From: Dehalococcoidia bacterium
Lineage (GTDB): Bacteria; Chloroflexota; Dehalococcoidia; GIF9; UBA5629
DNA: 64,000 nucleotides
Assembly: GCA_050011565.1 (NCBI GenBank)
Contig: JBEKIW010000001.1
Coordinates: forward strand, 416,001-480,000
Reading direction: 5' to 3'
Position numbers and translations under genes: made by a program. The notes under the pieces are model-generated. The model saw only the letters and a list, made by a program, of their open reading frames with translations. It did no database searches and was not told the origin of the DNA. Numbering within the stretch: position 1 is the stretch's first letter; each line of letters begins with the position of its first letter. Below, piece by piece: positions 38,782-48,756 of the stretch.

Positions 38782-39167
38782 TTTACCACCCCATTTAAAA
38801 CATTAATATAGGAATTTTTCCTATACGTACTATTGATCTATTTTATCACAATGGAATATCGAATTATATGTAAAACTGTTTTGCACGTTATGGCTAATTG
38901 TTCAGCACAATGTGCTTTGATTCTTTCATAAGGCGTACAATGTAAGATCCTTTGAGACCACTTTGCTCACTCCTTTCTATTTCATTGAAGAATAGAATAT
39001 GCTGTTTACTCCGCCAGACTGTCCTAACCCTACCTATAAAGCCATAGGGGTGCACACTGAGCTAGACAGATTTACCGAGTGTGATATAATTACACATGCG
39101 AATGATGAAAAACAGCAAGTTAAAAAAAGAGATGGCAGCTTACTTATGAGTTGAAAGAGCTTTTACT

Positions 39168-40181
39168 ATGTCAAATCTTTTGTACCGAACAGGACTGGGG
39201 AAGTACCTCGTAGGAGATTCTCGGGATTTTCTTAGAGGGAAACTAGGTAAAGAACTCCAGAACAAGGTTCAGTTAATTCTAACATCACCGCCATTTCCCC
39301 TCAATAATAAAAAGCACTATGGTAACTTAGAGGGCAAAGCGTACAAAGACTGGTTTACGAGTCTTGCAGAAATCTTCTCCAAGCTTCTCACGGACAACGG
39401 CTCAATCATCATTGAACTCGGTAACGCATGGGAACCCAGGAGGCCTGTCCAGTCTCTGCTACCAGTAGAATCGTTGCTGGAGTTTGTGAAGAATCCAAAA
39501 GCGGGACTCAGGCTTTGCCAACAATTTGTCTGCTACAACCCCTCTCGACTTCCAACTCCGGCACAATGGGTAACAATCAAACGGATGCGAGTAATCGATA
39601 GCTTCACACACATTTGGTGGATATCAAAGACAGATTACCCGAAAGCAGATAATCGAAAGGTACTGAGGCCTTACAGCAAAAGTATGAAATCCCTTCTCAA
39701 GAAAAAATCATACAATGCCGGCAAGAGGCCATCAGAACATGTCATTGGAGCGAAAAGCTTCTTGAAAGACAATGGCGGCAGCATCATACATAATTTAATA
39801 GAGCTAGAGCCGATTGACGAAAAAAGGGATTTGCGTTTACCTAATGTCTTCAGTATTGCCAATACAAAGTCTAACGATTTCTACACGAGAACCTGCCGTG
39901 AAAGAGGCATTCCCCTGCATCCTACGCGTATGCCTTTAGGGATTGCCTGCTTTTTTATAGAGTTCCTCACGAACCCAGGAGACCTTGTGCTTGACCCATT
40001 TGCAGGGAGCAACACTACCGGTTTCTGCGCCGAAAAGCTTGCTCGTCAATGGATCGCCATAGATATAGATAAAGAATATGGAAAATTTTCCGCGGTCAGA
40101 TTTGAAGACCCGTCCATCAAGGTGCCTCTGATTAAAGAGTTTTCGGAGGAAGACAATGAATGTGCCCGGGACAATACTTAA
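39168..40181 (+). CDS. beta-class N4-cytosine/N6-adenine DNA methyltransferase, M.PvuII-like
   Basis: TSPPF catalytic motif before DPFAGSNTTG SAM motif; NPSRLPTP, PYS..MK.L, RPS.H.I, KDNGGSI segments as recalled from M.PvuII. Confidence 0.9.
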   Translation: MSNLLYRTGLGKYLVGDSRDFLRGKLGKELQNKVQLILTSPPFPLNNKKHYGNLEGKAYKDWFTSLAEIFSKLLTDNGSIIIELGNAWEPRRPVQSLLPVESLLEFVKNPKAGLRLCQQFVCYNPSRLPTPAQWVTIKRMRVIDSFTHIWWISKTDYPKADNRKVLRPYSKSMKSLLKKKSYNAGKRPSEHVIGAKSFLKDNGGSIIHNLIELEPIDEKRDLRLPNVFSIANTKSNDFYTRTCRERGIPLHPTRMPLGIACFFIEFLTNPGDLVLDPFAGSNTTGFCAEKLARQWIAIDIDKEYGKFSAVRFEDPSIKVPLIKEFSEEDNECARDNT

Positions 40182-42156
40182 GTTAGCATCGATCGATATC
40201 TTCCAAGAAGGCAAGAAAAAGGAAACCTTCATCGGACGGCCCTTCTATCTTGATTACAATAAAGCCTGCCTTTTAGTTGCTGATTCATGGAAAAGGAAAG
40301 TCGGTGGCATACCTCAAGGAGCTTTTTTGCTTGCTTTCTACGAGAACGAGGAGAACGTGTCTGAGGCCCTGCTTCTGAGAGCTCTCGGCCCCACTAAGTT
40401 ACCAACTGATAGTGACGTAGTTAGCTCAATGATTGAGTACTATAAAGACAACACCAAAACCGCCGGTAAGGAGACTCAGCTCGATGACTTTACTCGCTAT
40501 GAATTCAGCTTTTCTGGACTTGAGTGCCGCGCTCTCGGCACATTTTACAAAGACCGCAAAGACAACACTACCTTCGGTGCCGATGTAGAGAACTTCTACA
40601 GTGCGCACAACTACAGTGTGTACAAGCCAACTGGTAATATCTTGGAGGTAATATCCAATTTGCGCGACGCGGCTTATATCCCGGGTAACCCTGCCGATGT
40701 TAGGCTCGGCAGAGTAAGGTACAGCTCAAGCCAGAGATTCCAAGAAAAGGAAGACGATGTGCCAGTCTATGTCAGCCCAAAAGATTTTCTAGGTAAAAGA
40801 ACAGCCCTATTCGGTATGACCAGAACTGGCAAATCCAATACAGTTAAGAAAATAATACAGGCCACAGTAGACATTAGCCAGAAGGCGAAGTCTAAGCTAG
40901 CTGAGGGGGCCAAGGATGTTCAAGATAACCTTGATCCATTTATTGATGATGGATCACCAAAATATCCGGTAGGGCAAATAATTTTTGATATGAACGGTGA
41001 ATACGCTAATGCTAACCTGCAAGATGCCGGTACTGCGATCTTTGAACTTTACAAGCAAGATGTTATCAGATATAGCGTGTTAGAAAAGCCAGATTTCAAG
41101 GTAATGAAGACAAATTTTTACACCGATATATTGGCGGGGTTCGATTTAGTCAAATCTTACATTCAGTACGATGCGGGGGATTATGTCAAAAGCTTCACAT
41201 CCATAGATTTGCAAGAACCAGAAGACAAGCAGGATTTCTCAGCCTCAACTAGATATGAGCGAAAAGTAGCAGCATATCTCTGTTGCCTCTATCAGGCTGG
41301 ATTTAAGGCTCCAAAAGACTTTAAAGTCAAATTTAGCGGTAACAAAGAGCTACAAGCAATCGCACCAAGTGATCCGGAAAAGGGTATGACACTGCCCGAA
41401 GCGGCAGGTTGGTTTAGCAACGTTTGGGACGAATATGATGATTTCCAGTTTTTCGCCGATTATAAGAAAAAGTCGGGCCACGAGTGGGCGGATGAGGATC
41501 TCAAAGCAATCCTAATTTTCCTGTCAAGGAAAACCAAGCCAGGCGGAAACCCCACAGTCAGTGGCTATAAAAAACTGAGAGGTATAATCAACCTACACAC
41601 ACAAACGGTAGAAAAACCTTTCCAAAAAGACATAAAGGATTCCTTACGGGAAGGTAAAATAGTCATCATTGATTTATCACAAGGCGAGCCGGACATCCAA
41701 CGTCTCTATTCTGAAAGAATCTGTGCAGAGATATTTCAGGACGCCATGCAGAGATTTACTAGCAATAAGCCCAACAACTTTCTCCAATTCTATTTTGAAG
41801 AGGCACATAACCTTTTCCCAAGGAAAGAGGACAAAGATCTAAGCCAGATATATAATCGGCTGGCAAAAGAAGGCGCTAAACTGAATCTGGGCTTAATTTA
41901 TGCAACGCAGGAAGTTAGCTCAATTAGCCCTAATATTTTGAAAAATACGCAGAACTGGTTTATCGCGCATCTGAATAACGAGGATGAGCTTAGAGAAATC
42001 AGAAAATATTATGACTTCTCAGATTTCGCAGAAAGCCTAATCAGGTTCAATGCGAGTACCGACAAGGGATTTGTACGTATGAAAACATATTCAAATCCTT
42101 TTGTTGTTCCAGTTCAAATAGATAGATTCATTGTCAAAAAGGAGAATCTTCAATAA
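40156..42156 (+). CDS. HerA/FtsK-family ATPase (DUF87) with N-terminal HAS-barrel-like region
   Basis: Walker A GMTRTGKS, FDMNGEY, Walker B FEEAHN, AKEGAK...ATQ. Confidence 0.88.
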   Translation: MNVPGTILKLASIDIFQEGKKKETFIGRPFYLDYNKACLLVADSWKRKVGGIPQGAFLLAFYENEENVSEALLLRALGPTKLPTDSDVVSSMIEYYKDNTKTAGKETQLDDFTRYEFSFSGLECRALGTFYKDRKDNTTFGADVENFYSAHNYSVYKPTGNILEVISNLRDAAYIPGNPADVRLGRVRYSSSQRFQEKEDDVPVYVSPKDFLGKRTALFGMTRTGKSNTVKKIIQATVDISQKAKSKLAEGAKDVQDNLDPFIDDGSPKYPVGQIIFDMNGEYANANLQDAGTAIFELYKQDVIRYSVLEKPDFKVMKTNFYTDILAGFDLVKSYIQYDAGDYVKSFTSIDLQEPEDKQDFSASTRYERKVAAYLCCLYQAGFKAPKDFKVKFSGNKELQAIAPSDPEKGMTLPEAAGWFSNVWDEYDDFQFFADYKKKSGHEWADEDLKAILIFLSRKTKPGGNPTVSGYKKLRGIINLHTQTVEKPFQKDIKDSLREGKIVIIDLSQGEPDIQRLYSERICAEIFQDAMQRFTSNKPNNFLQFYFEEAHNLFPRKEDKDLSQIYNRLAKEGAKLNLGLIYATQEVSSISPNILKNTQNWFIAHLNNEDELREIRKYYDFSDFAESLIRFNASTDKGFVRMKTYSNPFVVPVQIDRFIVKKENLQ

Positions 42157-43518
42157 ATGGGATATAGCAGTAGAAGAGGTCGCAGACCACAAGAAAATGC
42201 CAGCAAGTCATCTCATAGCTACATTGTCAATGACCCCACTGTTATTGATTTTCTCCACAAGTGTGATCTGCCAAAGATGGCAGCAGAGATTTCGCTTCCA
42301 CAAGTTCTCAAATCCAAAGTTGAAAATGTTAACAAGAATCCGATTAACTATGTTATTGCGATCGATGGGGGATATTCCGAGGTCTTCGTAAGAAAGGAAT
42401 TTCCATCTTCTACCATCACTTTCTTTCAATTCGGAGTGCTCGCATTCAATGTTACCGACTTGGAGGATCTAGGGGAACAACCGTTTATTGATCCCGAAGA
42501 TATAGCGAAGTTAAAGAACATACAGAGGCTAAAACTGACCATCCCAACAAAGAATATTAGTTTGACGGGCGAGAAGTCATTGACAGATTCTGTTAGAAGA
42601 GCACTTTATGACTTCTTTAAAGCAAAGGTAGAGGGAGAACAGCTCCTAAAGACGCTAAAATGGTTCATATTTAATGAATATCAAACACCCTCCTCGCAGT
42701 GGAATCTGGCCACTTGCCCTAATATCCAGTCAGATCTGCATAACGTCCTGCTTGACAAAAACAAGATGCAAAGTGATTTCACTTTTACTTGCGAAAAGTG
42801 CGGAGAGAGGATATTCCTCACTGATGTTTTTCGACTTCACGAAGCAATCGATGACGAGCTCGGAGCAGGCGGCATACTCGGCTACACTACGGTGCTCATT
42901 GAACAAATGCTGCTTGTTCACTTGCTTAAGGTTATTCTCAATACCAAACCTTCTCTGTTAAATGAGATTATCTTCATCAAAGATGGGCCATTGGCTTTTT
43001 TTGGACAGACAGCGAACATGCACAAGCCTATGAGGCAACTGGCCAATTTCCTCCTCGGGAAATATAACTTGTACCTGGCCGGGCTTGAGAAGAGTGGTTC
43101 TTTTGTCGACCATGCTGATGAAATAGCCAATAAGCTTGAACTGGGCGAGGTACTCCTGCTTAACAATGAGTATATCTATAAATACATTATTCCTAGCAAT
43201 GCGGATACAAGCGCCCCCTATGCAAGATCATCTTATTACGGAGGAAAACTCATATATAAAGCTAGAAGTGGTGGAATTTATGTTGTGACAGTCCCGGTGA
43301 AAGACGAGAAAGTTGTATTATCTCCAAGCCGGAAGGATTTTCAAAACTTAGATATTATATTGAGTAATATAGAAAAACTCAGATGCGATATGTATGATTC
43401 TGCGCTTATTCCAGTGGCCTTAGTGAATAAACTTGTTTCATTAGCGGACCACCCAAGTTCAGCCATTCTCGAAAGATTTGCTAAAGCGGGAGTAGGAGCA
43501 CCCAGAGTGGTCAATTAA
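42157..43518 (+). CDS. NurA-like (RNase H-fold) nuclease with Cys-pair insertion
   Basis: IAIDGG, IKDGPL, GLEKSG, IPVALVNKLVSL; abuts HerA stop. Confidence 0.8.
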   Translation: MGYSSRRGRRPQENASKSSHSYIVNDPTVIDFLHKCDLPKMAAEISLPQVLKSKVENVNKNPINYVIAIDGGYSEVFVRKEFPSSTITFFQFGVLAFNVTDLEDLGEQPFIDPEDIAKLKNIQRLKLTIPTKNISLTGEKSLTDSVRRALYDFFKAKVEGEQLLKTLKWFIFNEYQTPSSQWNLATCPNIQSDLHNVLLDKNKMQSDFTFTCEKCGERIFLTDVFRLHEAIDDELGAGGILGYTTVLIEQMLLVHLLKVILNTKPSLLNEIIFIKDGPLAFFGQTANMHKPMRQLANFLLGKYNLYLAGLEKSGSFVDHADEIANKLELGEVLLLNNEYIYKYIIPSNADTSAPYARSSYYGGKLIYKARSGGIYVVTVPVKDEKVVLSPSRKDFQNLDIILSNIEKLRCDMYDSALIPVALVNKLVSLADHPSSAILERFAKAGVGAPRVVN

Positions 43519-43565
43519 CTTGAGAATTTTGCCTCAAAAGTGGTCATTTATCTTGAGAATCGACA
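43506..43565. mobile_element. solo IS21/Tn7-like transposon end
   Basis: Two 22-bp direct repeats AGTGGTCAWTWAWCTTGAGAAT (20/22 identical) then CGACA terminal (5'-TGT on minus strand). Confidence 0.5.
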
Positions 43566-43801
43566 CAATCCACGGTATTGCCATTACAACATGACAGTTG
43601 TGAGAATATGCCGACTTCGACGGGATGGGAGTGATCAGGACAAAGAGAAGTTGTCTTATCGGGATGGGTATTGGAACACATTCTGACGAAAAGTGCAGAC
43701 TGTACCACTTATTTGTGGTTGAGACGATGAAGAGTCTGACTCCATCGGAAACTCAGGGTTATGGCGCGACTAGGTCGATACAACAAGCTGAGGCACACCA
43801 A

Positions 43802-46438
43802 TCACTTGGCCCAGACAATCTCTTTGGCCGCCCCAATATTACTGTATCGGCCTGGCACACAGGTGAAAATCACAATCTGGCATTCCTTTGCCGCTTTGGC
43901 TAGTACGGCGCCCATCAGGGACAATCTTTCCGGATCAGTATAGCCAAGTGTATCGTCGACAATTACTGGAGCACCACCATCTGTGGCTACTATCATCGCG
44001 CACGCCAAGCGAAAGATTAGCGAAAGCTGCTCCTTTGTTCCCCCACTCAAGCTATCGAAACCAACCGTGATATTATTCAATGTGCGGCTGACTATTTGTA
44101 GATCGTCACTTATCTCTACCTGAAAGGTATGGTCGAAAACTAGGCGACCTAGTGCCTCAATCCTCTCCCTAAGCGGTGCGACATAAGCGTGACGTGCCCT
44201 GTCACGTTCCTCAGACATAGTCCTATAGAGCAGATTTGCAGCTTCCGCCCGTTTGGCTAACGACGCGTTTTCATGTTCAGCGCGCGAGAGCGCAGTCCGA
44301 GCAACGCCTAATTTATCATAGAGGCCATCCTCTCCGTTGATCTTGAGGCGAGTAGTTACCTCTGTTAGCTCTTTTTCTGTCTTTTTCATCTGTTGCTGTA
44401 TTCTGGTTAATGACTCTCTGGCCGTCTTATCAAGTTCCCTTTCCTGCTCCGGGTTGAGCACTCCGAGCGTTGCCTCGGCATCTTTAACGTCGGTCTCTGC
44501 CTTTGCCAACACCTTTACTGCGCTTTCGAGTGCTACACTGACCCCTTCATCGGGCACAGTCGCTCTCTCTTCTTCCAACGTTTTCTCAAGGCCGACCAAA
44601 TGCTGCTTTTGATGCTCCCACACAGATCGCGCTTCTATGTAGTCTCCATTCCGGCGTTCACATAGTTTTTTTACCTCATCGAAGGCTGCCTTTGCCTCGT
44701 TCCATTCTGTTTCAAGACCGTGCTGCTTCTTCTCCAATCTCGCCAATTCGGTTTTTGTTAGATCAGAGCTATCCAATATTGATGGCTCTGACACCCGCGC
44801 GGGCAGATAAGCTGGCACGGTCTGCTGTAATCTCAACAGTCGGCCTGCCAACTCGTCATAAGAAAGGTCCCGCAGATTATCCTTCTCAACCCGCCTCATT
44901 TCCGCGATCTGTCTAGAGGCCTCTTGCCTTTCCTGAAAAGCCTCTCGTGCCTTATCTGCACCAGTAATCCCCAGAGAGGCGCAGACCTCGCTTAGCTTCG
45001 CCTCGGCATCCTCAACCTTCTTTGAAAGCGTGTCAACACTGGAACCGGCTGTTATCTCCATCTCCAATTTATCGGGCACGACTAAATTGACCTTGTCAGG
45101 TACCTGAAAGGAAAGCTCTTTCCCTTGTCCCAATTTGACGGTGGTGCCATCTTTGATCAACCTGCATTCTTGTAATCCGCGCAACAAGACAGCAGGAGCC
45201 TTAGCTTCTCGTTTTGCCCTTGCGGTTATTACTTCGGCCTGAGCCGCCTCAATGGCCCGAAGAGCTTCTTCGTCAACCCTATTTGTTGCTAGAATTGCCT
45301 GTGAGTGAGCGGCCATCTCCCTTGCTCGGTCAACACGATCCTTACGTTCTTGCAGTAGTTCAAGGTCAAGCTTGGCACGAAAATAGTCATAGTCGCGCCG
45401 CCGCAAATCGGTCAACTCACGGATTTCTTTCAGCTTTCTTTCGGCGGCATTGCAAGCTGTCTCTGCCGTTTTGGACTCGTCCCTGGCTTGGTTGAGTGAA
45501 GCAAGCCTCGAATCTGTAGATTTGCCCATTTCAGCTTCCGCCTTGGTAGCATCCGAGACCTTGTTGACAAGCTCTTCGCGCGCTCTCTTATCCGCGCGTG
45601 CTGCCTTTTCCGAGACCTTTGCCACTTGCAGGTTAAGCCTCGCCTCCGAGAGACGCTGATCCAGTTCGGTTATCTGTTTGAGTTTGTCTGAGCGGTTTTC
45701 CAATTCGTTCGCAATCGTCTGCTCAGAGTATTCGAGCTCACCTAATTCCCGTCTGAGATCACTAGCTCGATCGATATCATGCTCGAGGTCACGCAGCGCC
45801 TCTTCAAACTTCTGAACTTCCGATTGGCAATCTGATAATGCCTGGCGACATTCCTCCAGCTCTTTCTTCTCGGCTCCTCCTGGAGTGAAATAGTTTGAGT
45901 ACTCCGCATGAACCGCTTCGAAGAGGCTTTCAGCTTTCGGATCAGTCGAATGTCCGCCAGCTGCCCGATCTAGTGCTTGAGAAAGCCAAGTCTGCTCTGT
46001 AAGTTTTGGCTGCTTAATCTCTGCGCCTTGCCTAATGCTCAAAGCTTTCCAAAGATTGACGTCCAAGGTTCCCCTAAGTATTGCGTCTGCGCGCTCGTGG
46101 GCTCGCCTGCCGGTCAGACTCTCGGCTTTTGGCTTGGTAATGGTGAGCCTGGTCTCCGGTTTCTTGAAATAACGCTTAAAGTACGTGAACTGATAGGGGC
46201 CGCTCTCCGCCTCTAGTTCGATCTCTGTCCCTTCGTCGCGATGAACCGGCCTGATGGCCATGAGATCGCTGTGCTTGCTAGAATCCGCATATCCAAAGAG
46301 AATCCAGACTGCCTCCCCTAAACTGGTTTTTCCTATCTCATTGGGGCCTCTAACCAGAGTGATACCGGTTCCGGCGAATTCTGCCTCACGCTCGGAAACG
46401 CCCCTATAATTGGCAATCCGCAAACGGACATATCTCAT
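43802..46438 (-). CDS. SMC/Rad50-like coiled-coil ATPase (YhaN/Rv1278-type SbcC-like)
   Basis: Walker A GPNEIGKT, long coiled coils, signature LSGGTKEQL, Walker B VIVDD, terminal FTC; no CxxC hook seen. Confidence 0.88.
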   Translation of the reverse strand: MRYVRLRIANYRGVSEREAEFAGTGITLVRGPNEIGKTSLGEAVWILFGYADSSKHSDLMAIRPVHRDEGTEIELEAESGPYQFTYFKRYFKKPETRLTITKPKAESLTGRRAHERADAILRGTLDVNLWKALSIRQGAEIKQPKLTEQTWLSQALDRAAGGHSTDPKAESLFEAVHAEYSNYFTPGGAEKKELEECRQALSDCQSEVQKFEEALRDLEHDIDRASDLRRELGELEYSEQTIANELENRSDKLKQITELDQRLSEARLNLQVAKVSEKAARADKRAREELVNKVSDATKAEAEMGKSTDSRLASLNQARDESKTAETACNAAERKLKEIRELTDLRRRDYDYFRAKLDLELLQERKDRVDRAREMAAHSQAILATNRVDEEALRAIEAAQAEVITARAKREAKAPAVLLRGLQECRLIKDGTTVKLGQGKELSFQVPDKVNLVVPDKLEMEITAGSSVDTLSKKVEDAEAKLSEVCASLGITGADKAREAFQERQEASRQIAEMRRVEKDNLRDLSYDELAGRLLRLQQTVPAYLPARVSEPSILDSSDLTKTELARLEKKQHGLETEWNEAKAAFDEVKKLCERRNGDYIEARSVWEHQKQHLVGLEKTLEEERATVPDEGVSVALESAVKVLAKAETDVKDAEATLGVLNPEQERELDKTARESLTRIQQQMKKTEKELTEVTTRLKINGEDGLYDKLGVARTALSRAEHENASLAKRAEAANLLYRTMSEERDRARHAYVAPLRERIEALGRLVFDHTFQVEISDDLQIVSRTLNNITVGFDSLSGGTKEQLSLIFRLACAMIVATDGGAPVIVDDTLGYTDPERLSLMGAVLAKAAKECQIVIFTCVPGRYSNIGAAKEIVWAK

Positions 46439-47565
46439 GACAGACCACCACTCAACCTAACCAGCAACGCAAGCGCGTCGCGGGCGGTTCTCTTCTCCAT
46501 TCCCTCCCCGACCATCTTTTCACGCAATTGCCTTACGGTCGCTTCAGCGAACCCGGAGAAATTAAGGCCGGAGAAATCTGCATCGTTCGGCAAAACTAAC
46601 AACTCATCATCACTCATTTGAAAAGACGCGAATACGTCGCCGATGGTAGCCAGAAATTGCCGCAGGATCGCCTCCTGGGTGAGGGAAATAGACCCCACTA
46701 GGTTCAGCCGGAGTACCGTCAGTTCCTTTCGGTCTATGCTTTCCAGCATGCTTCGCAACGCCTCGATGTCCTCGGAGCAGTTGATATCAACGCGATTCTT
46801 CTCGACAAAGCGCCACTGACCGACTGGGGCAGGTGTCGCAATCACTTTATCGCCATCCAATTCAACAATTTGTACATAGCCAGTCTCACCTTCCCCGAAG
46901 TCCGTAACCTCTGGCGTGCCAGAATACCAGATACGCTCACCCTCACCGATCTTAGTGCGTGAATGGCGGTCACCCAACGCCACAAAGGAGGCCTTTCTCT
47001 CTTCGATGACACGCTCTAGACTATCTGCCGTAAGTACCCCAAGGTCATCCTTTCTGGGTGTAAACAAATCGACAATACCGTGCGCCAAGATAATCCGGGT
47101 GACGCCAGTTAGTGGTTCAAGTGACTTCGTCGCTTCGTAAAATGGGTTCACTGGCATGCGCTTTGACAGCCATGGGGCCCCAACCAGTTCGACGTTGTGA
47201 TCCGCTTGGATCGGGGTTGCATCGCTAATCACATTGACGTTAGCCGGTTTCCCTTGCACAAAGCTCTTGGAGGAATAGACCGAGGCCTCATTCAGGGGAT
47301 CATGATTACCGGGCAGAATCCAGACGGGGAGTGGGACTTCCTTGAGCGCCTCAAGGGCACGCGCAACCGTTTTTCGGTCTACCTGGTTGGATTCAAACGC
47401 ATCTCCGCAGACTACTACGAACTGGCAATTAGATTCCGTTGCAATTTTGCCGAGCGTGCGGATCGCATCAAAGCGTGCCTGGTTGAAACGCTCCTGAGCC
47501 CCCTCGGAGAACAAGTAGCGAGTCATGCCAAGCTGCCAATCGCTTGTGTGGAGGAAACGAACCAT
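46435..47565 (-). CDS. Mre11/SbcD-like metallophosphoesterase nuclease (YhaO/Rv1277-type)
   Basis: HTSDWQLG, GDAFE, PGNHD, AHG, ALGDRH, YSGTPE; ATGA overlap with ATPase gene. Confidence 0.9.
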   Translation of the reverse strand: MVRFLHTSDWQLGMTRYLFSEGAQERFNQARFDAIRTLGKIATESNCQFVVVCGDAFESNQVDRKTVARALEALKEVPLPVWILPGNHDPLNEASVYSSKSFVQGKPANVNVISDATPIQADHNVELVGAPWLSKRMPVNPFYEATKSLEPLTGVTRIILAHGIVDLFTPRKDDLGVLTADSLERVIEERKASFVALGDRHSRTKIGEGERIWYSGTPEVTDFGEGETGYVQIVELDGDKVIATPAPVGQWRFVEKNRVDINCSEDIEALRSMLESIDRKELTVLRLNLVGSISLTQEAILRQFLATIGDVFASFQMSDDELLVLPNDADFSGLNFSGFAEATVRQLREKMVGEGMEKRTARDALALLVRLSGGLS

Positions 47566-47928
47566 ATCTTACCTCGCCTCCCTAGAACTAACTCGAACTT
47601 CACACGCCTCGAAAAGGGCCCTTTGACACCTGCGTATTATACTCTTTTGTGACTATTGTTCAAAGTCTCCTTTATTGGACTCTGGCCACAATTCATCCCG
47701 ACGAAGCCTTGCACCGGTAATTCTAAATGACGCTCTGCGTAATTTCTGAATGTAGACTGCACATTCCTGACATTTGTTACCTTACTACTACATGATCATT
47801 CGGGACAGATCCCGAACTCCTGTTTGACAAGAGACTTATTCCGTCACCGTTGCGGTTGGTTGTATTTACCTTTTTCCATTAAACACATGAAATGTGTAAA
47901 ATTAAGGTATTTGGGGAGAGATTTCAAA

Positions 47929-48561
47929 ATGGAAGAGGCACATAAACATGCCCGATTAAATGAAAAGAAGTGGGATTCGAGGGCAGAGACATATGATAAA
48001 TTATTTCACCGCTTTTACTTTCATTTCACACAAAAGCGGGTCGTTTCCTTATTAAATCTACATGAAAATCAATGCTTTCTGGATGTGGGTTGTGGCACTG
48101 GCTGGGCAGTACGTTATGCAGCTAGCTTAGTTAAAAACAAAGGGACATTCTATGGTATTGATATTTCATCCAAGATGATAGAGAAAGCAGACAAGAATTG
48201 CGGTGGTTGCGAAAATATCTATTTTTACAAAGCCGATGCTGCGGCTCTCCCCTTTGAAAGCGATTTTTTTGACTTCATCATATGTACCAGTTCATTTCAC
48301 CATTATTTCAACCCTTCCAAAGTGCTAGATGAGGTTTACCGGGTCTTGAAACCCAGAGGAAAGATATATATCGCGGATGTCACTACCGATGGATTTATTA
48401 TGAAGATGGTGGAGAAATGGTTGCAAAAGAAAGAGCCCGAACATATAAAACAATATAGTACTCGAGAGTTTAAGACACTTTTTACTAAGTCAGGACTGAA
48501 CTATATCACAAGCAAATTGATCACACCGCCGATGAAGGTTCATATTGCGGAAAAACATTGA
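47929..48561 (+). CDS. class I SAM-dependent methyltransferase (UbiE-like)
   Basis: LDVGCGTG, ADAAALPF, SFHHY, YRVLKPRG; start MEEAHK. Confidence 0.85.
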   Translation: MEEAHKHARLNEKKWDSRAETYDKLFHRFYFHFTQKRVVSLLNLHENQCFLDVGCGTGWAVRYAASLVKNKGTFYGIDISSKMIEKADKNCGGCENIYFYKADAAALPFESDFFDFIICTSSFHHYFNPSKVLDEVYRVLKPRGKIYIADVTTDGFIMKMVEKWLQKKEPEHIKQYSTREFKTLFTKSGLNYITSKLITPPMKVHIAEKH

Positions 48562-48756
48562 CAGGTGGATTCAGTTCAAAGCAAGCTTTGGACAATACCA
48601 TTGAACGAAAACTCATTTTGTGCACAGTCTCGAGACACCGGTATAACCTTATCAGGTGGATATAGGTGAATAGTTGGCTTGACAGCTAGATTGCACGAGC
48701 TTAAGATAGCCATACCAATTAGCATTGAACCCTCGGCAATGGATGGTAAGGTATTT

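Noticed and set aside
39168-40181. Complete PvuII-type RM system with CAGCTG specificity
   Set aside because: No REase or controller gene adjacent; CAGCTG occurs several times in the window, and specificity cannot be assigned from similarity alone
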